Position numbers and translations under genes: made by a program
Source: Lama guanicoe
Taxonomy: Eukaryota
Reading direction: 5' to 3'
DNA: 64,000 nucleotides
NCBI GenBank assembly: GCA_013239625.1
Contig: MU053352.1
Location: 629,079-693,078, forward strand
Shown here: positions 12,066 to 26,039 of the stretch, piece after piece
Layout of the letters: every line of letters begins with the position of its first letter
Numbering within the stretch: the stretch's first letter is position 1
Notes under the pieces: generated by a model
Told to the model about the DNA's origin: nothing
Databases searched by the model: none
Seen by the model: only the letters and a program-made list of their open reading frames with translations

Positions 12066-14057
12066 AACTCTCACTCTGCGGTGCTTGTTTGGATGGGGGT
12101 GTGGGTGAGAAAATGAGCACGACTTTCAGCATCACAGAAAATCCTGCGTCGTCAGGCAGCCCATTACACCACAGTCTGGTCACGACGTGTGGTTTCTTCT
12201 CAGGCCTTTCTTAGAGTCACAAATTTAGAGGAAATGGTGATGAAATAACAACAGCTTTCTATCTGCATCATCCCTTTTCCAGAGCACTGCCATTAGAAAT
12301 CACTTCTCAAAAGAGAAAGCTCAAACAGCCTGCTTTCATGATTCTGAGAAAGGCCCAGAACAGTTCCCGGGGGGCTTACACACGGTGGTGTTTTCCCTCT
12401 GACAATGTTGTCAGGAACCAGGTTAAGCAACAGAGTCCCAGGTAGGGGCCATAAGGACTAACAGAGGCAGCTTTTCCCTCCCCCTACGATCCCTCCTTCT
12501 CAGCCAAACACCTATGACAAGGGTGAAAGGACAATCGTCAGAAAACTTGTCCAGGTTCCCTGGTTTGCCAACATGCAAGAGATCAGGTCGTCATTCACAG
12601 CTCCACAATTTAACCTCAGCTGCAAACATCGTGTGATCCCGCTGCTTTCCTGGCCTCCCCCAACGAGAGGGAGCAGGTTCCAGACAGCTTCAGAGAGAAC
12701 AGCCCCAGCTCTAGAACCAACGGAACTGAACAAGGAAAAGGAAGGCCAGAGGTGCTTCAAGTGCAAACAAGCTGGTTGCGAAGGCTGAGAGAAAGCGGGA
12801 GGGCTGGTCAGCCAAGCGTCCAGAGATCAGAGGGATCCTGGCCAGGCGCCCAACTACACTGGCACAATTACAGACGGGGCTACTTCCAGGAGGTTCTTCA
12901 GCTGGCCTCCACTGTACAGTCCCTGGTCCCAGCCTTAAGTGGCTTCTCATTGTCCTGGGCACCTGAGAATCTGGATGAAGAGGCAGGATTACGGACGTGG
13001 CTGCAGACAGGGGATGGGCCAGAGTAGGGAGGAGGCGAGGGGAGGAGTTTGGGCCAAACCCTAGCAATTTCTCCATTCAATATCCAGCCCCACCCTGAGA
13101 CTAGGAAAACAAAGGTACAGGGGAAGGGGGAAGAAAGTCATTTCCTTTATTGTAATTGTAGCCCAGCTGGGTCAGAGCAAAGTTGGAAGGGAGTCAGGAA
13201 GAATGAATTTCTTTGGGGAGCATGGCGGGAGGGTCCTGCACTCAGACACTCCGAATTCCTCAGGGAATCACAGATAAGCAGGGGCAGAAGAGACCTTAAG
13301 AGACCATTCAGGCTGGTGCCTTGTGCTCTTCATAACACAGGTCGCTTCTGGGGTCAGACAAATACAGTCCTTCTCAGCCCTGAAGATCTTCCAATAATTT
13401 GGGCAAAAGTCAAATTGGCTCCAAAGCTGCCAGTCTCCCCATGGCAAATCACCAGGCTCTGTCTGAGGGCTCCACGCTATCCAGTCTGCATGCTCAGGCG
13501 CCCCTTCAACAGAGCTGGATCAGAAAAGACTCTGCCCTTGAGGCAAAGCTGTAAGTTGGAGACTGAACCCAGATGCTCTACTCTCCCCAGGCATAATCTT
13601 TCACTGTGCCAGGGTAGTTCAAGGTTAACCTTAATCCCTGAGGCTCCACATCAGATGACCAATGAGTGTGGTATGAGAAATAAAGTATGCACGTAGGCGT
13701 ATATAGACACACAATCACAATATAATATAAAGTGACAACTACTGATTATTAAGGGTTTTCTACGTGTCGAGAGCTATGCTGGGGACTTTATATAGGTTAT
13801 CGCATTTAATTCTCCCCAAAACCTTGTAAGATGAGTACTATTCTTACCCGCATTTTACAGATGAGGTGCCTGGAGTTCAGGGAAGTCACCTAAGGCCAGT
13901 TAATAAACTGCGAAGACAAGATCTGAAACCAGACAGTCCCTTCTATAGTCTGCACCATTTTCCACCAGGATAATGTGCCTTACTTCTTTATGAGCATGCA
14001 TGTGTGTGTGTAGGCATCTGTCTGGCTGTCTCTCTCCCTCTTTCTGTCTGTCTGTCT

Positions 14058-14059
<2 letters not shown>

Positions 14060-14093
<34 letters not shown>
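14060..14093. repeat. (CA)17 microsatellite
   Basis: Read directly. Confidence 0.95.
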
Positions 14094-14096
<3 letters not shown>

Positions 14097-14327
14097 TGCT
14101 CTCTAACAAGCTAGCATCTCACCAGATCTAATGACCCAAGACTTCAGGTCTAGGGCCAGCTCTTGTCATCCGTGGTCTGGTCTATCTGTGTAACTTTTTG
14201 TCTTTTTGGTTTCAGGCCTTGCATCTCTGATATGAAGGGGTCATATCATATAGCAGGTGCTCTTATAGTTCTAGGAGAATCCAGAAATTCCCAAACATTA
14301 GCTTGTTCTACCCGGATAGAGGATTTT

Positions 14328-14447
14328 GGGGGGGGGGGATTAGGTTTGTTTGTTTGTTTGTTTATTTATAGAGGAGGTACCAGGGATTGAACCCAGTACC
14401 TCATGAATGCTAAGCATGCGCTCTACCACTTGAGCTATACTCTCCCC
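14328..14447 (-). mobile_element. tRNA-Ala-derived camelid SINE
   Basis: Reverse complement of the same head plus (AAAC)n-CTAAT-C-run tail. Confidence 0.85.
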
Positions 14448-14792
14448 TGACAATTTTGGGTAGAAGATATTCATTCAAATAGGAAAACAGTAGGAACAAA
14501 TATGACCATATGGACTGGATGCCAAGGTGAGCCCCAGCCTGGGAACTCACTGGGTTCTGATGCTGCTCGTTTGCCTCAGCTGTAAAATGAAAGTGCTGGC
14601 CAAAGGCCCCTGCAGCGCTGACACTCTGCTCCTATCTTACTAAAAGGCAAAAGTAAAAGTAGAATCAACTTCCCTGAGGGTAAATGGAGGAGGAACCAAG
14701 GCAGTCAGATCCACAGAGAAGATTGGAGAGCTCTGAATTAGAGCTGAAGGGGCAGAAAAACGCTGCTTCTTCTCCAACACTTTCAGAGGCCA

Positions 14793-14840
14793 GAGCTCTC
14801 CAGGCCATCCCACTACGAGCTCTCCAGGCCATCCCCCTAC
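14793..14840. repeat. 24-bp tandem duplication (GAGCTCTCCAGGCCATCCC[A/C]CTAC x2)
   Basis: Read directly; one mismatch. Confidence 0.9.
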
Positions 14841-15785
14841 GTAGTTCCATGGGTGGAGGCAAGTGCTTAAAGGTCAATTAAATTACTTGATATCAGCACA
14901 GGGGATGCTTTGCAGCATGAGCTGTGTGTGGGAGCTGGAATTTACAGCACATGGTGCCTGTCCACAGTCTCTCTCATTCTCAGATCGTGAGCACAGCCCC
15001 ACCACTTCAGACTACGGGGGCCACAAATGCCCACCCAGCCTCTGAGGAGGAATGACTGTGGGCCAGGCACTGTTTTACGCTCTGGAGGATACAAAGACAA
15101 GCTCCCACTCTCCAGGATTCCAACCAGTCAGTGGGTGCCAACCATGTGCTGGACCCTTGGCATGTGTGAGTTCATTCAGTCTCAACAAGTCCGTGAGAGA
15201 GATGATTAACATTCGTATTTTCCTAACGAGGAAACTGAGCCTCAGACAGCAGGAAAAAATCTCACTTAAGAGACTGTGTTTCTGTCAAGAAACCGAGCTG
15301 CCTCCAAACAATAATCTAAGAGCTATAACAAAGTTTGTAACAAAAAGCAGGAAACTAGGAAGGCATTGTGTGGTGAAGAAGAGCTGGCTCTGCCAACTGC
15401 ACTGAAAACAAACCTTGAGGCCCTTGCAAACCAGTAGTGCAGGCGTGGGAAAGTCACTCTTTCTCAGCCTCAGTCTCCTCACCTATGAAGTTAGGGGTGC
15501 TGGGACACCTTGGAAAGGGCTCCCCCCACCCCCCCACCTCTAGCTGCACCGGGTCCACATGTGGCTACTCCACTCTCACCTGGTGTCGGGTTGGGGGCCA
15601 CACCTGATGTTTGCTCATGTCCTCCTCCTCGGCACATCCCTCTTTGCCCCCTGACCCACCCCCCACCCACTCCCCTACCTTGAAATGGAAACTCTCAAGT
15701 CAGAAGCTTGTTTTGTATTTTCTAGAAAATGAATAGTGCCTGGCTCCTAGCGCCCTGGCAAAGACAGGAGCGTGGATTCACTTAC

Positions 15786-15885
15786 CGGAAGCAAGAGCTG
15801 TGCCAGGCTTCGTTGACAGTCCTGTACAACCTCTGGTTCGGAGCGACATGGTCTCCACAGCCCCGACACCTCCAGGCATCTTCAC
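15786..15885 (-). CDS. LIMK2: LIMK2 exon 2 (100 nt): (G)EDAWRCRGCGDHVAPNQRLYRTVNEAWHSSCFR, first half of LIM domain 1
   Basis: Acceptor GTGCAG|GTG, donor CCG|GTAAGT; CxxC...HxxC LIM pattern resembling LIMK2. Confidence 0.95.
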
Positions 15886-16589
15886 CTGCACACAAAACCA
15901 AGGGGTTCAGAGGCTGAGGTAGCAGGCGGCACAGGGACAGGGTTCCTACTGGGTAGAATAAGACAGAGTCATAGACCCTCATCCTGAAGGGGCTGGGCGA
16001 TGCTCTGTGAGGTGCAGGACTCCCTCCTGGGGGCACAGGATCCCGGTGAGCTCTCATCCATCCTGCTCCTCTCCCCCGGGACAAGGAACTCATGGTCTCA
16101 AAAGTCTCATTCCAATTTTTAAAAAACGGTCTGGCGGTTCCTTTTTCTACTGGAACAAAACCTGCCTTTTCTTTCAGCCTTTGCTTATAGTTCTGAGTAG
16201 ACAAAATGAACAAGGTCTGTTTTTTCAGGGCAGCCTTTCCTACAACCATCCCCAACCAGGACCCAGACTCAGAAACGTCTCCTCTCTGGGTTACGTGTGC
16301 TGCTGCCTTTTCCTGTTCCCCCAATGTCCTGGCTGTGCAGACTTTCCATCTAGGAGCTCGTGCATTCAACCAACATCATGGGTCCTCTTGTTCCACCCAT
16401 GGGTCCAAGCTCTGCATTGGAGGCCGTTGGATAAATTATCCCTGCTCCTCGAGGAGCAAAATCTACTCGCAAAGAAACATTCTTCCACATTATAATTTTT
16501 CACCGAGATATTATTTCAGAGGCAAAAGCAAAGTGCAATTTTAGTTCAAAGAAAGAAGTTGTGAGCGTGGAAGGGAAAGAACAAACATT

Positions 16590-16790
16590 TAACGAATGCC
16601 TCCTACATGCCGAGAACTGTGCTAGGTGCTTTCACAGACCTAATCTCATTTAATTCTCAAAACTATCGGGTGAGACAGGTATTATTATTCTTATTTAACG
16701 AACGAGAGAACTGAAACTTGGGGCGGGCGTGACAGGCCAAGCGGCAGGGCCAGCACCCCAACCCAGGCCTGGCTTGTTCTAAAGTCCATG
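16590..16790 (-). mobile_element. MIR SINE
   Basis: CTGTGCTAGGTGCTTT..ATCTCATTTAATTCTCA. Confidence 0.65.
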
Positions 16791-19700
16791 CTTGTTCCAA
16801 TCTCCTGCGTTAGGTCCTGCTCATTCCACTTGGGGGAGCCAGCAAAGTGTCTATAAGGGCAGCTGAGCCTTGAAAGATGGGGAACGTTTACCAAAGGCTG
16901 AAGGAGGATGGGGAAGTACTGTGTAGACTGAGAGATTAGCATGGGCAGCAGCACAGGGTCGGCCTGTGTCCCTCCAAAAGGGACAGAACACAATACCCCT
17001 GGGTGTGGCTCAGATGCCAACTTCTTGAAATAAAGACAGCTGAGATCAAGCTGTGCTACCTGACTCAGCCCTAGAAAGTGGGACATGGTTGTTACAAGAC
17101 TCTCTTGTGCGCCTCGTGTATGCAGCTTTGTTCTCTCCTGGTAACTCCAGACTGCCACAGGCGCAGTGACAGTCACCGGACCCTGTTTCACAGGCACAGG
17201 GGCCATGAATAGACAATGCGCGGCTCCGGGCACTTCAAGACTGCTTGGCGGCATTCTGGGGCAGCCAGGGCACAGACAGCTCTCCTCATGCCCTGGAGGA
17301 GGGTTAGACAAGCTGGCAGAAGAAAACCACGACCCACCCGCCCCCTCCCGTACATGCTCATCACCCCCTGGATCTAAACTTCTTAGACTTTTTGGAGCCT
17401 TTTGGGTTTGGAGGCGATAGTGGTCAGACAGTGCACCATCAACCTCACTAACTCCAAGGCAGAAAGTCTGAAAGATTCACTCAAATTGGGTTGTGGACAG
17501 TGGGCAAGACAGAACTAATGAGAGGGTTTTTAATGAACAGACATCCAAATCTGTGAAGCTTCTGAGGTACCACTGTAAAACATTCTGGGAACTCTTACAC
17601 GGAAAGGCTTTTAGATCACTGTGCCCCACCCCCAGCAATTCTCATTATTTTAAGCCACACCTTGTTTCTTGTTTTTACTTTTTAACCCAAAAGGAACAAT
17701 CTCTGACCTGACCACCCAGTTACTCAACAATTCAACTTCTTGGCTCTGAGTGACTTCTGGCCGTTTCCAAAATTCAAAAAGAACCAGGATTTCCACTGTG
17801 AGGACAGTCGAGATAACTTGTCATGGCCACACCATGTCTCCAGAGCCTGCCTTGCTCTCCAGTCTTAAGAAACATAAAGCCATTCAACACTTAACATCCG
17901 CTCTGCGCCAGGTACGAGGGGCACAAAAATCAAGACCCTTACTCCCTCTTCTCACACCCCTCTGGCTCCACCTTCCAAATGTCTCTCCAGTCCTTCCCTG
18001 TCCTTCAGCACAGCCTGAGTTCCGGTCTTTGGTGTCTTTTCCTGGCATCCTGCACGGTCTTGGCTGGCTCACTCAGATACCCCAGTGTCTACAGAACTCA
18101 ACTGCCGGACATGGCTCTCCTGTCCCGCCCTGTCCCACCTCGCCATTATCTCCACCACCACTACCTTCTCCACTGACTCCTTCCAATTGTCATTTAATAA
18201 ATTCAAGTCTTTCCCATTAAAAGAACTCTGGGCCCCATTTTCTCCTGTGGCCACTACACTCGCTTCCCCACTGCACAGTTACACATATTAAAAAGTTGTC
18301 TACACATCACCGCCCTCATTTCCTCACTTCCTATTTACTGCATAATCCATTGCAATCTGACTTCCACCCCTACCATTTCTCTGAAACTGTCTCACCAAGG
18401 TCAACAATGACGGCTTATTGCTAAATTCAATGGACACGCTTCAGTCAATCTTCCAGAAAATATTTATCGCCAACTATGTGTCTAACACTATGCTCGGGAA
18501 AGAGCAGCAAACAAGAGGGAGATTAAACACAGAGCAGATATTAAACAGTAACACAATCATTTTAATTATAATTGAGGCAAGTGGTATGAAGGAAACATCA
18601 AGTTCATAACTAAGTAAATGGGGTGGGGTAGGGCAAACAAGAACATATTCCTTAAGGAAGTAACTTCCAAGCTGAGCTCTAAAGGCTGAATAGAAATTAA
18701 GTAGGCAAAAAGGAGAAAAGGGTAAACTGGAGATTGGGAATGGGGGGGAACATGTGCAAAAAGGTCCTGAGGCAGGAACACAAACCCCTCACACATCATT
18801 TAAGCTGGCTATTGTCAGCTCCAAAGAACTAGGGGAACCAAGACCAGTCCCTGGCCTAGTACAGTCCCTCAGTAAACATTAACTGAAGGAACGAACATCC
18901 CTCTACAAGGTGGCCCCAAAGAACCTTTATCTTTCATCATCCCTTACAAAGAGATGCACTGGTCACATCTTGATCTATTTTCTATTCCTGCCACACATAT
19001 TCATGTTCTTGCATCCTAACATTCACACCTCAAATACTCTGTGTGTTTAGGATACTTTATTTCCTCCCCTAATCAAACTTCCATCGTTCCTTGATGGTCC
19101 TCCAGAGGCAGGCATGTTTGTTTCATTCTATTACCTGTTTTAAATCATTTGTTCTGTAATTACAGCTTATTATGTTTGTCTCCTTCAGTCCCTCTCTCTC
19201 TGCAACACTGCTCCCTCCACAAGGGGCAAAGACTCCATCTCGATCATCCTCAAATCTCCAGGGCCTAGCATAAAGCCTGGCGCAGAATAGACACTCCTTT
19301 GTGTGACAAATCCAACTGGAAAACTGGATCCAACAACTACCAGCTACAAAGGTAATTTCCAAAGATAAGCTCCAACGGCAGCAGCGATGATTCATCTGGA
19401 ATGTTTTCTGGCTCCCCCAAATAAAGTCACATGTAGACGCACAGTTTATCACGTTGTACCTGAGCAAGACTGTTCACCCAGAGCCTTCAGGCTCCCAAGC
19501 CCAGACTCTCCTCCAAAGAATACTCGTGGCCTCTTCAGCTCCCTTACAGCCCTTAAAGTCAATGATCTTAACCCTCATGCAACCTTCATTCTAGGAAACA
19601 TAAGCAAAACATAATAATATAAAGTCTTGGAGATTTCTTTGAGGTCCAATGGAAGATCAATCTAGAGTCCAGTCAGTCTGGGAAATTCTTCCTCTAAGAA

Positions 19701-21213
19701 AATACTGCATCGTACCAGGCTGTTCACTCTCCCTCTATTGTTTACCTCTCCTGTTTGCAGAGTTATCAACAGTAGCTATTGATTGTCAGAGTCCAGAAAG
19801 GGAACTTAACTGAGTAAATGTCCCCAGCAGTTTCAAACAATGTGGAGCCCTTGTTAGGTGTTTAATAATCGGAAAACCATGCCTTCATGGTTATTATTGG
19901 GATTTGTTGTTTTAAAGAAATGGTAAGTGCACCTGCAAACAAGGTGAGAATTGTTAACAAATGGCTCGTTACAAATGTTTTCACCTTTAGGATCTTTTTC
20001 AAATACTGGTATAAAATATATTCAGCTTATATACCCTTCTCTCTGCCAACGTAATAATCAGCTATGTGACCCTCAAACAATCCTTGAATCCGCTGGGACA
20101 GGCACCGCTGGTGGCAGGTTAATAACGCTGGAAGGGCCTTTAGAAGTCACCTACTCGAATCCAACCCTTTCATTTCCCTGAAAGAAAAATGGACTTAAAG
20201 AAAGAGAACCGAGTTGTCTAACCACCAGAAAGCTGGTCCAGGAGGGGCTCAAACCCAAGTTCTGAGACTACCAGACTCGCTGTATTTTCATGACACTAGA
20301 CGGCCTCAGACAAGTTGAGACTTGCTCAAGACTACACAGGTATTCAACAGAAGGGCTCAGCCTGGTACCCCAGCTCAGAGCCAGTGTATTTCCCACAAGA
20401 CACTAATGTTCACCTTAATCTTGGTCTAAGAGCTGAGTTTCTGCAAACTAGTCCTTTTCTGACTTCAAAGTGGTGAGAAATCCCCAAGCACTGAGAGCTC
20501 ATGAGACCATAAAGCCTGGCCTGAGCCAACATGCATAGGCCCTATCCTTTCATTTGAGAAGAATCTCTGGTTGCTTCTCATGTTCCACTAGACAATGAAA
20601 ACCAGGAACAAAACCCAACCAATTTAGTGCAGCACAAAACAACAAGTATGGTAACTGCTGGGCCCCCTAGGAACTGGCAGGTCAGGTATATAAATCCCAC
20701 TTGTTCCAGGAAAAAGAGGAAGCAGAGGGGCAGGGCAGCAACTGGTAGGGAACAACCAAGAGAGAAAAGATCAGATTTTAATGAAGTGACTACCAACAAG
20801 GCTAACAATAATGATTAATGTTCCTCCGGATACTCTCCCCTGTATCCCAAAGGGTTTTCCTCCTCGCTAGCTTATCAAATATTACCAAAGGGAGTGTCTC
20901 AGAAAGAAAGATTACATGATTTCTAAAGGAGCCTTGGGACTTCTCTGGACCTTAGATCCTTCCTTCATAAAAAGAGGGATCAAATTATTCCTTCTAGCTC
21001 TAAGAGTCTGTGACACCAAACCAGGGGCTTCTCATTTTTCAGGTTAAGGCACAGCCACAGGCATCTCAGCACATTTCATTCCTGCCATTGCTCTCTTCCG
21101 CCCTTTTGTTTATTAGGAAAAATGTGTAAGGTCAAGCAGAAGAACCAGAGTTAGACCCGGGTTTGAAACCTGGCTCTGTGTCCTTGTGCAAATTATTTAA
21201 CCTCTCTAAGTCT

Positions 21214-21462
21214 GTTTTTTAAACTTTAAAAATTGAAATACAGTTGATGTATATTTTGTTAGTTTCAGGTGCACTACAGAGCGATTTGATGTTTGCATAC
21301 ACTATGAATTGATTCCGGTAAGACTAGTAGCCACCTGTTCCCATACAAAGTTATTACAATGTTATTGACCATATTCCTGGTATGCTATATTACATCCCTG
21401 TGGCTTACTTACTTTATAACTGGAGGTTTGTGCCTCTTAATCCCCTTCAACTATTTCACCTT
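21214..21462 (-). mobile_element. L1 3'-end fragment inserted into a MIR (MIR halves ~21140-21213 and ~21470-21600)
   Basis: TTAGTTTCAGGTG..CATACAAAGTTATTACAATGTTATTGAC..ATAACTGGAGGTTTG. Confidence 0.7.
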
Positions 21463-23329
21463 CCTTGTCTCTTAATCTTTAAAAAGAGGATAATACCACC
21501 TGCCTTACAGCATTACCAGAAGGATTAAGAGAAAAAACATACTATATGTGAAAATGCCTCCCACAGTGCCTGGCACTTAGTTGGCAACTGAATTGTAAGT
21601 AGCTTTTCTTCCTTCTTTCACATGTATCTAAGGGGTTGGCAGGGGGAAAGTTTGCACTAAATACACTAACGTCTAAAATTTGAAAGAAGTGTTTCAAAAC
21701 AAATTGAGCAAATGTTTTCTATGTGTCCGTGTGCAAGACAAGGCCACGTACTTCTGGGGCCCTTGGTGAGTACTCATGGGGTGACAAGGATACACAGAAA
21801 AATCAGACGCGGCAGAGGACGAACCAGGTGCTGGGGGCAGGGAAACTTGGTAGAGTAACAAGACACGTGGTAGAGAAACTAAGACAGATGGTTCTTGTGG
21901 CTTTCGGGCACTCAGGCTCTCACTTCCAACCACAAGTTGACTTAGCTGTGAATAAGTAGGCATTTTCTTATTGAGGGGAAGGCCTGTAAAGAATCTCTTT
22001 ATTGGAGGACTGGTTAACCAATCCACACATTCTCAGATGGCAGTTTTCTACCTGTTGTAAATGGCAGGGAAAAACTACTTTGAGTCCTAATTATGACCCA
22101 GCAGTGTCCTAAGCATTACGCAAGCATGAACTAATTGAATATGAAGCTTCCAAGAAATAAGGACTAGTACTGAAGGACTATTATTGTTCTCATTTTACTG
22201 AAAAGGAAACTGATATCTCAACTAATGAGAGTTAGAGCTGGTATCAGACCACAGGTCTGCTAACTCCAAAGTCTATGTCTTTAACTACATTTTAGACTTT
22301 CTTTCCTGGGAAAATAAACTACAAGCAGAAAGATCTGACAAAATAGAATCCCAGGGTGGATGCTCAAGGTATACTTCAATAGAACCAGGCAACAGTTTCA
22401 TGTTTTAGCTACTGTTGGATGTGAATTAATAGATAAGAGTCTAATTCTTGCTCCTGTATAAAGAAAAGCAAAGAGTGGGAGAGAATATAGACTTATAAGA
22501 GACGGCTACAGCTCCACATCCATTCTTATGAGATGCCGAAGTGACATCTAGGGGGTGGGCCCCACCCCTTCCTAGCATGCCTGAGACCGAGCCCCTATCC
22601 CCAAGTTGGCATTGATCGGAAGCCAGCCCTGGACTGGAAATCAGCCCAGCCTCCCAAAGATGCAGACACCCACCAGGAATGTGGAAAGCCTTACACTGCT
22701 TCTTGAACACAATGGGTTTCTATTTAGCTTTTAAAGCCTTGTGGCCTTCTTGGACCCTACCTTGCTCCCTTCATCCCATATTCAGTCATTCAAGTCATCC
22801 TGCCCTGCCCATGACATGAGGCATTTCTTTTGATTGGTGCCTCCTCCTCCATTCCTATCACTAACAACCTCAGCTCAGGGCCCACTGTACCCACCTCTCA
22901 ACTGGTGCTCTTCCCGACCCTTGTCCAATCCACCCTGTCCACCAATGCCAGACTGACAGTCTACAAAAAAAAAAAATAATGCCCACCTCAGGACTCTTCC
23001 CACCTCTAAACCTATGGTCTCTACTGCAGACCAGAAAATTCTACAAGCCTGGCATTAAACCCTCCGCAGTCTGGCTTCACCCAGCCTCTCAGACTTATCT
23101 TCTACTTCCTACAACTCTCACACCTCCAAATCCTTGCCTCCACCACACATATCAATTCAACATCCCTTGTGAAGACCTTGAACTTCCCTGCCTTTGCAAT
23201 CCTACTCCCAGTTTCTTCCTTACCAGGATATCATCCTGCCACTACCTCCCCCCTTTTTTAAACCTACCTAAGACTTCTCAAATTTTACCTCCTTCAAGAA
23301 GCATTCCCTGACCAAATCTGGTAGCTACC

Positions 23330-23838
23330 GTGGACACCTTGCTGTTCTTCAAACATGCCAAGCACACTCCTGGTTCAGGGCCTTTGCTCAATCTTTCTTT
23401 CCTTTCTTTCTTCCTTTCTTCTTTCTTTTCTTTCTTCCTTTAGGGGGCGGTGATTAGGGGAGTGAACCCAGGATCTCCATTTGAGCTATATCCTCCTCCT
23501 TGCTCATTCTTTTACTCCCTGTCAAGAATGTTCTTCCCTCAGATGTGCAAATGGCTCACTACCCTGCTTCATTTCTCTGTTCAGATGTCATTAACCAGAG
23601 AGCTTTCCCTGACCTCCTGCTGCTCCTATGCCCTTATCATACTTCATTTCTCTTCAGAGCCTTTATTCCTGATGTAGAATATTCATATATTTACTTACTA
23701 TCTATCTCTCACCACCAGATCATACACTCCAGGAGGGAAGGTATTTGGTCTATTTTGCTCCCTCCCGTATCCCCCAGAGCCTAGAAGTGCTTGGCACACA
23801 GTAGGAACTCAATATGTATTTGTGGGATGAATGTATGA
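23330..23838 (+). mobile_element. L2 3' end (interrupted by a SINE)
   Basis: CAGGGCCTTTGC..GGCACACAGTAGGAACTCAATATGTATTTGTGGGATGAATG. Confidence 0.7.
23391..23499 (-). mobile_element. Internally deleted camelid SINE with CT-rich tail, inserted in an L2
   Basis: GAACCCAGGA and TGAGCTATATCCTCC remnants; TTGCTCA on both flanks. Confidence 0.6.
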
Positions 23839-25072
23839 AGTTTTCCCTCATCTTTGAAATTCCATAATGTTACCCCTACAAGCCTTAAAATCGCTTGCCT
23901 TCATTTGTCCATTTTTCTCAGTGACTCTAACTAGTGAACTTCTCGAAGGCACAAACCACGTATTATACAATTCCACAAATATTTATTAAGGGCTTACTGT
24001 GTGCCAGGCTCTGTATGTCTCAAAGACCCTGGGAATATTGGATAAAGCACTGGAGAAGTCCTAGGTTAGTCCTGGATCTACCACCAGTTGAGTGACCCTA
24101 GACAAATCCATTTTCCTTCCAGGGCCTCAGTTTCTTTACATTTAAAGTTAGGAGCATTACATTATCTCAACCCTCTCCCTGCTTTCATCTGTTAAAATTT
24201 GTTAAGAGGTAATGCTTGGCCTAGCCCAGTGCCTGAGACATCACAGATACTCAGTAAATATTTGATTTCTTTGTTGTTGATTCTCCTGTTATGCAGGAAT
24301 CTAGTTGTCTTGGAACAGAGCTCAGACAGAACAAGTAAAAACTTTTAAGTCCCACTTCCTTCTCTGACTCCACGGGAAACTTCATCCTGGTGTTTGCGAT
24401 ACAGAGAAGATGAACCACCAAAACTGAAGCTGGAAAATATGAACTCTGACTACCACCATTTATTTGGCTATGGAACCCTGGACAAGTAATTTTGGAACCG
24501 TAGTCTCCTCATCCCATTAAAAAAACGCCTATTGGCCTTCGCTCAGCTCTGCAAAGGCATCATATGCCCTCCTACCTCAGGGCCTTTTTATGCTGTTCCC
24601 TCTGCCTGGAAAGTTCTTTGCCCTTTCCTAACTGCACTAGCTTCTACTCATCCTCAGGGGTCAGCAAAAACTTACTTTTTACAGGAAGGTATTCCCTAAC
24701 CACTCATAGAGCACTTACCTTAATTGCTCATCTCAGTTATTATGGCATTTCTCTCAATTGTTACCTCAATTATTTAATGTCCATCTCTAGGACTGTAAGC
24801 ACCACAAAGGCAACGACTGTGTCCATTTTGTTCATCACTATACTCCTCAGTACTTGGCTAAGTGCATGGCACAGAAGCATTCAACAAATATTCTTATGGA
24901 AGGATGTACAAACTTTCTGGTTCACTCAGAGAAAAATCTAATAAACACTATTGCACTCTAAGATCTTTCACAAGTTTCTGACAATCAAGGTTGAAGACAG
25001 TGAACATATGTTACCCAGAGGCCAAAAAATGTCACAGGAACTCATCTGAACTAAAGAACTCTGAAAGCTAAA

Positions 25073-25091
25073 NNNNNNNNNNNNNNNNNNN
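25073..25091. other. Assembly gap (19 N) next to a poly-A run in LIMK2 intron 1
   Basis: Read directly. Confidence 1.
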
Positions 25092-26039
25092 AAAAAAAAA
25101 AAAAAAAAAAAAAAGTAAAAAAGGAAAGGACAGGGAGCATTTCTACCCCTAGCCCTCTCTCTCCAGGAGACTATAATCAAGAATGCGGAGAAAATCCCAT
25201 GCTCCCACGGTGAGGAAGTGACCCACTGGTGGCCTGGTCCTTGTATTCAGGATGGAGGAAGTGAGTGTCCAGAGGCTGAAAGCCAGGAAGCGGGGGCAGA
25301 TATCCAGGACAGCCTCCCTCCTCCACCATTCCCTCCTAGCAGCTCTAGAAAGCTTCTGGACGCTGACCCTGGTCGACCTAGAGGCTAGGCCACTCACACA
25401 GGTGGCTGGGAGACACAGGCAACAGAAAGTCCCTGGTGCTGGGGGAACAGGCGAGGAGAGCAGGAAGCTGCCAGGTGGTGTGAGGTGACCGGTGGGGATC
25501 GCAGGCCCAGCCAACCTAACCCTGAAGCTACCCTTCACCCTTAGACACTCTTCCTTCAGAAAGTGTTTGGCCACATTCCTCTCTTGTCTCAGAGAGGCCA
25601 TGCGACGGCTCAGAGTCCCCCGGGGGCCTACCTTCCCCAGGAAGAAGGCTCCGCTCTCTTCCTACCCCCAATCATGTCCTCAACCCCGAGAGCCCGCACT
25701 GCCCTATTTCCTGCGAAGAACCCCAAGTCCCAGGAGATCGTAGGCACCAAATACCCGCCAGGGGCCCTGGATCCCGTGGGTAAAGTCACACTCTCCTCCA
25801 TTTTCCACAGAAAACCCAGAACCCGGGGTAACTCCGTCCCCTCAGAGCTGCCGCCAACTCTGAGGATCCTGTACTCCTCGTACTTCCCAAAACCCTCACT
25901 CCTAGGGAACCTGGGTTCCTCAGCTTCCTTAGAAAAAGTTTTAATTTGAGGACCTGCGCTCGTCAGGTCCACCAAAATAAATAAATAAATAAAACAAAAT
26001 AAACGCCCCCCATTATCCATTCTTCCCAGGGACCTCAAC

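Larger units (their letters stand above)
1..15785 (-). other. LIMK2: LIMK2 intron 2 (continues beyond the window); no LIMK2b first exon or exon 3 recognised
   Basis: No further LIMK2-like coding sequence seen; repeat-rich. Confidence 0.75.

Noticed and set aside
13049..13696. Longest unassigned ORFs (215 aa here; 206 aa at 16691; 199 aa at 39457; 175 aa at 43350)
   Set aside because: No domain similarity; intronic, alternative-frame or antisense, partly repeat-derived
15886..16369. Open frame extending ~160 codons upstream of LIMK2 exon 2 (195-aa ORF)
   Set aside because: Starts at TTG, crosses a good splice acceptor, and has no recognisable protein features; most likely a chance stop-free intron stretch
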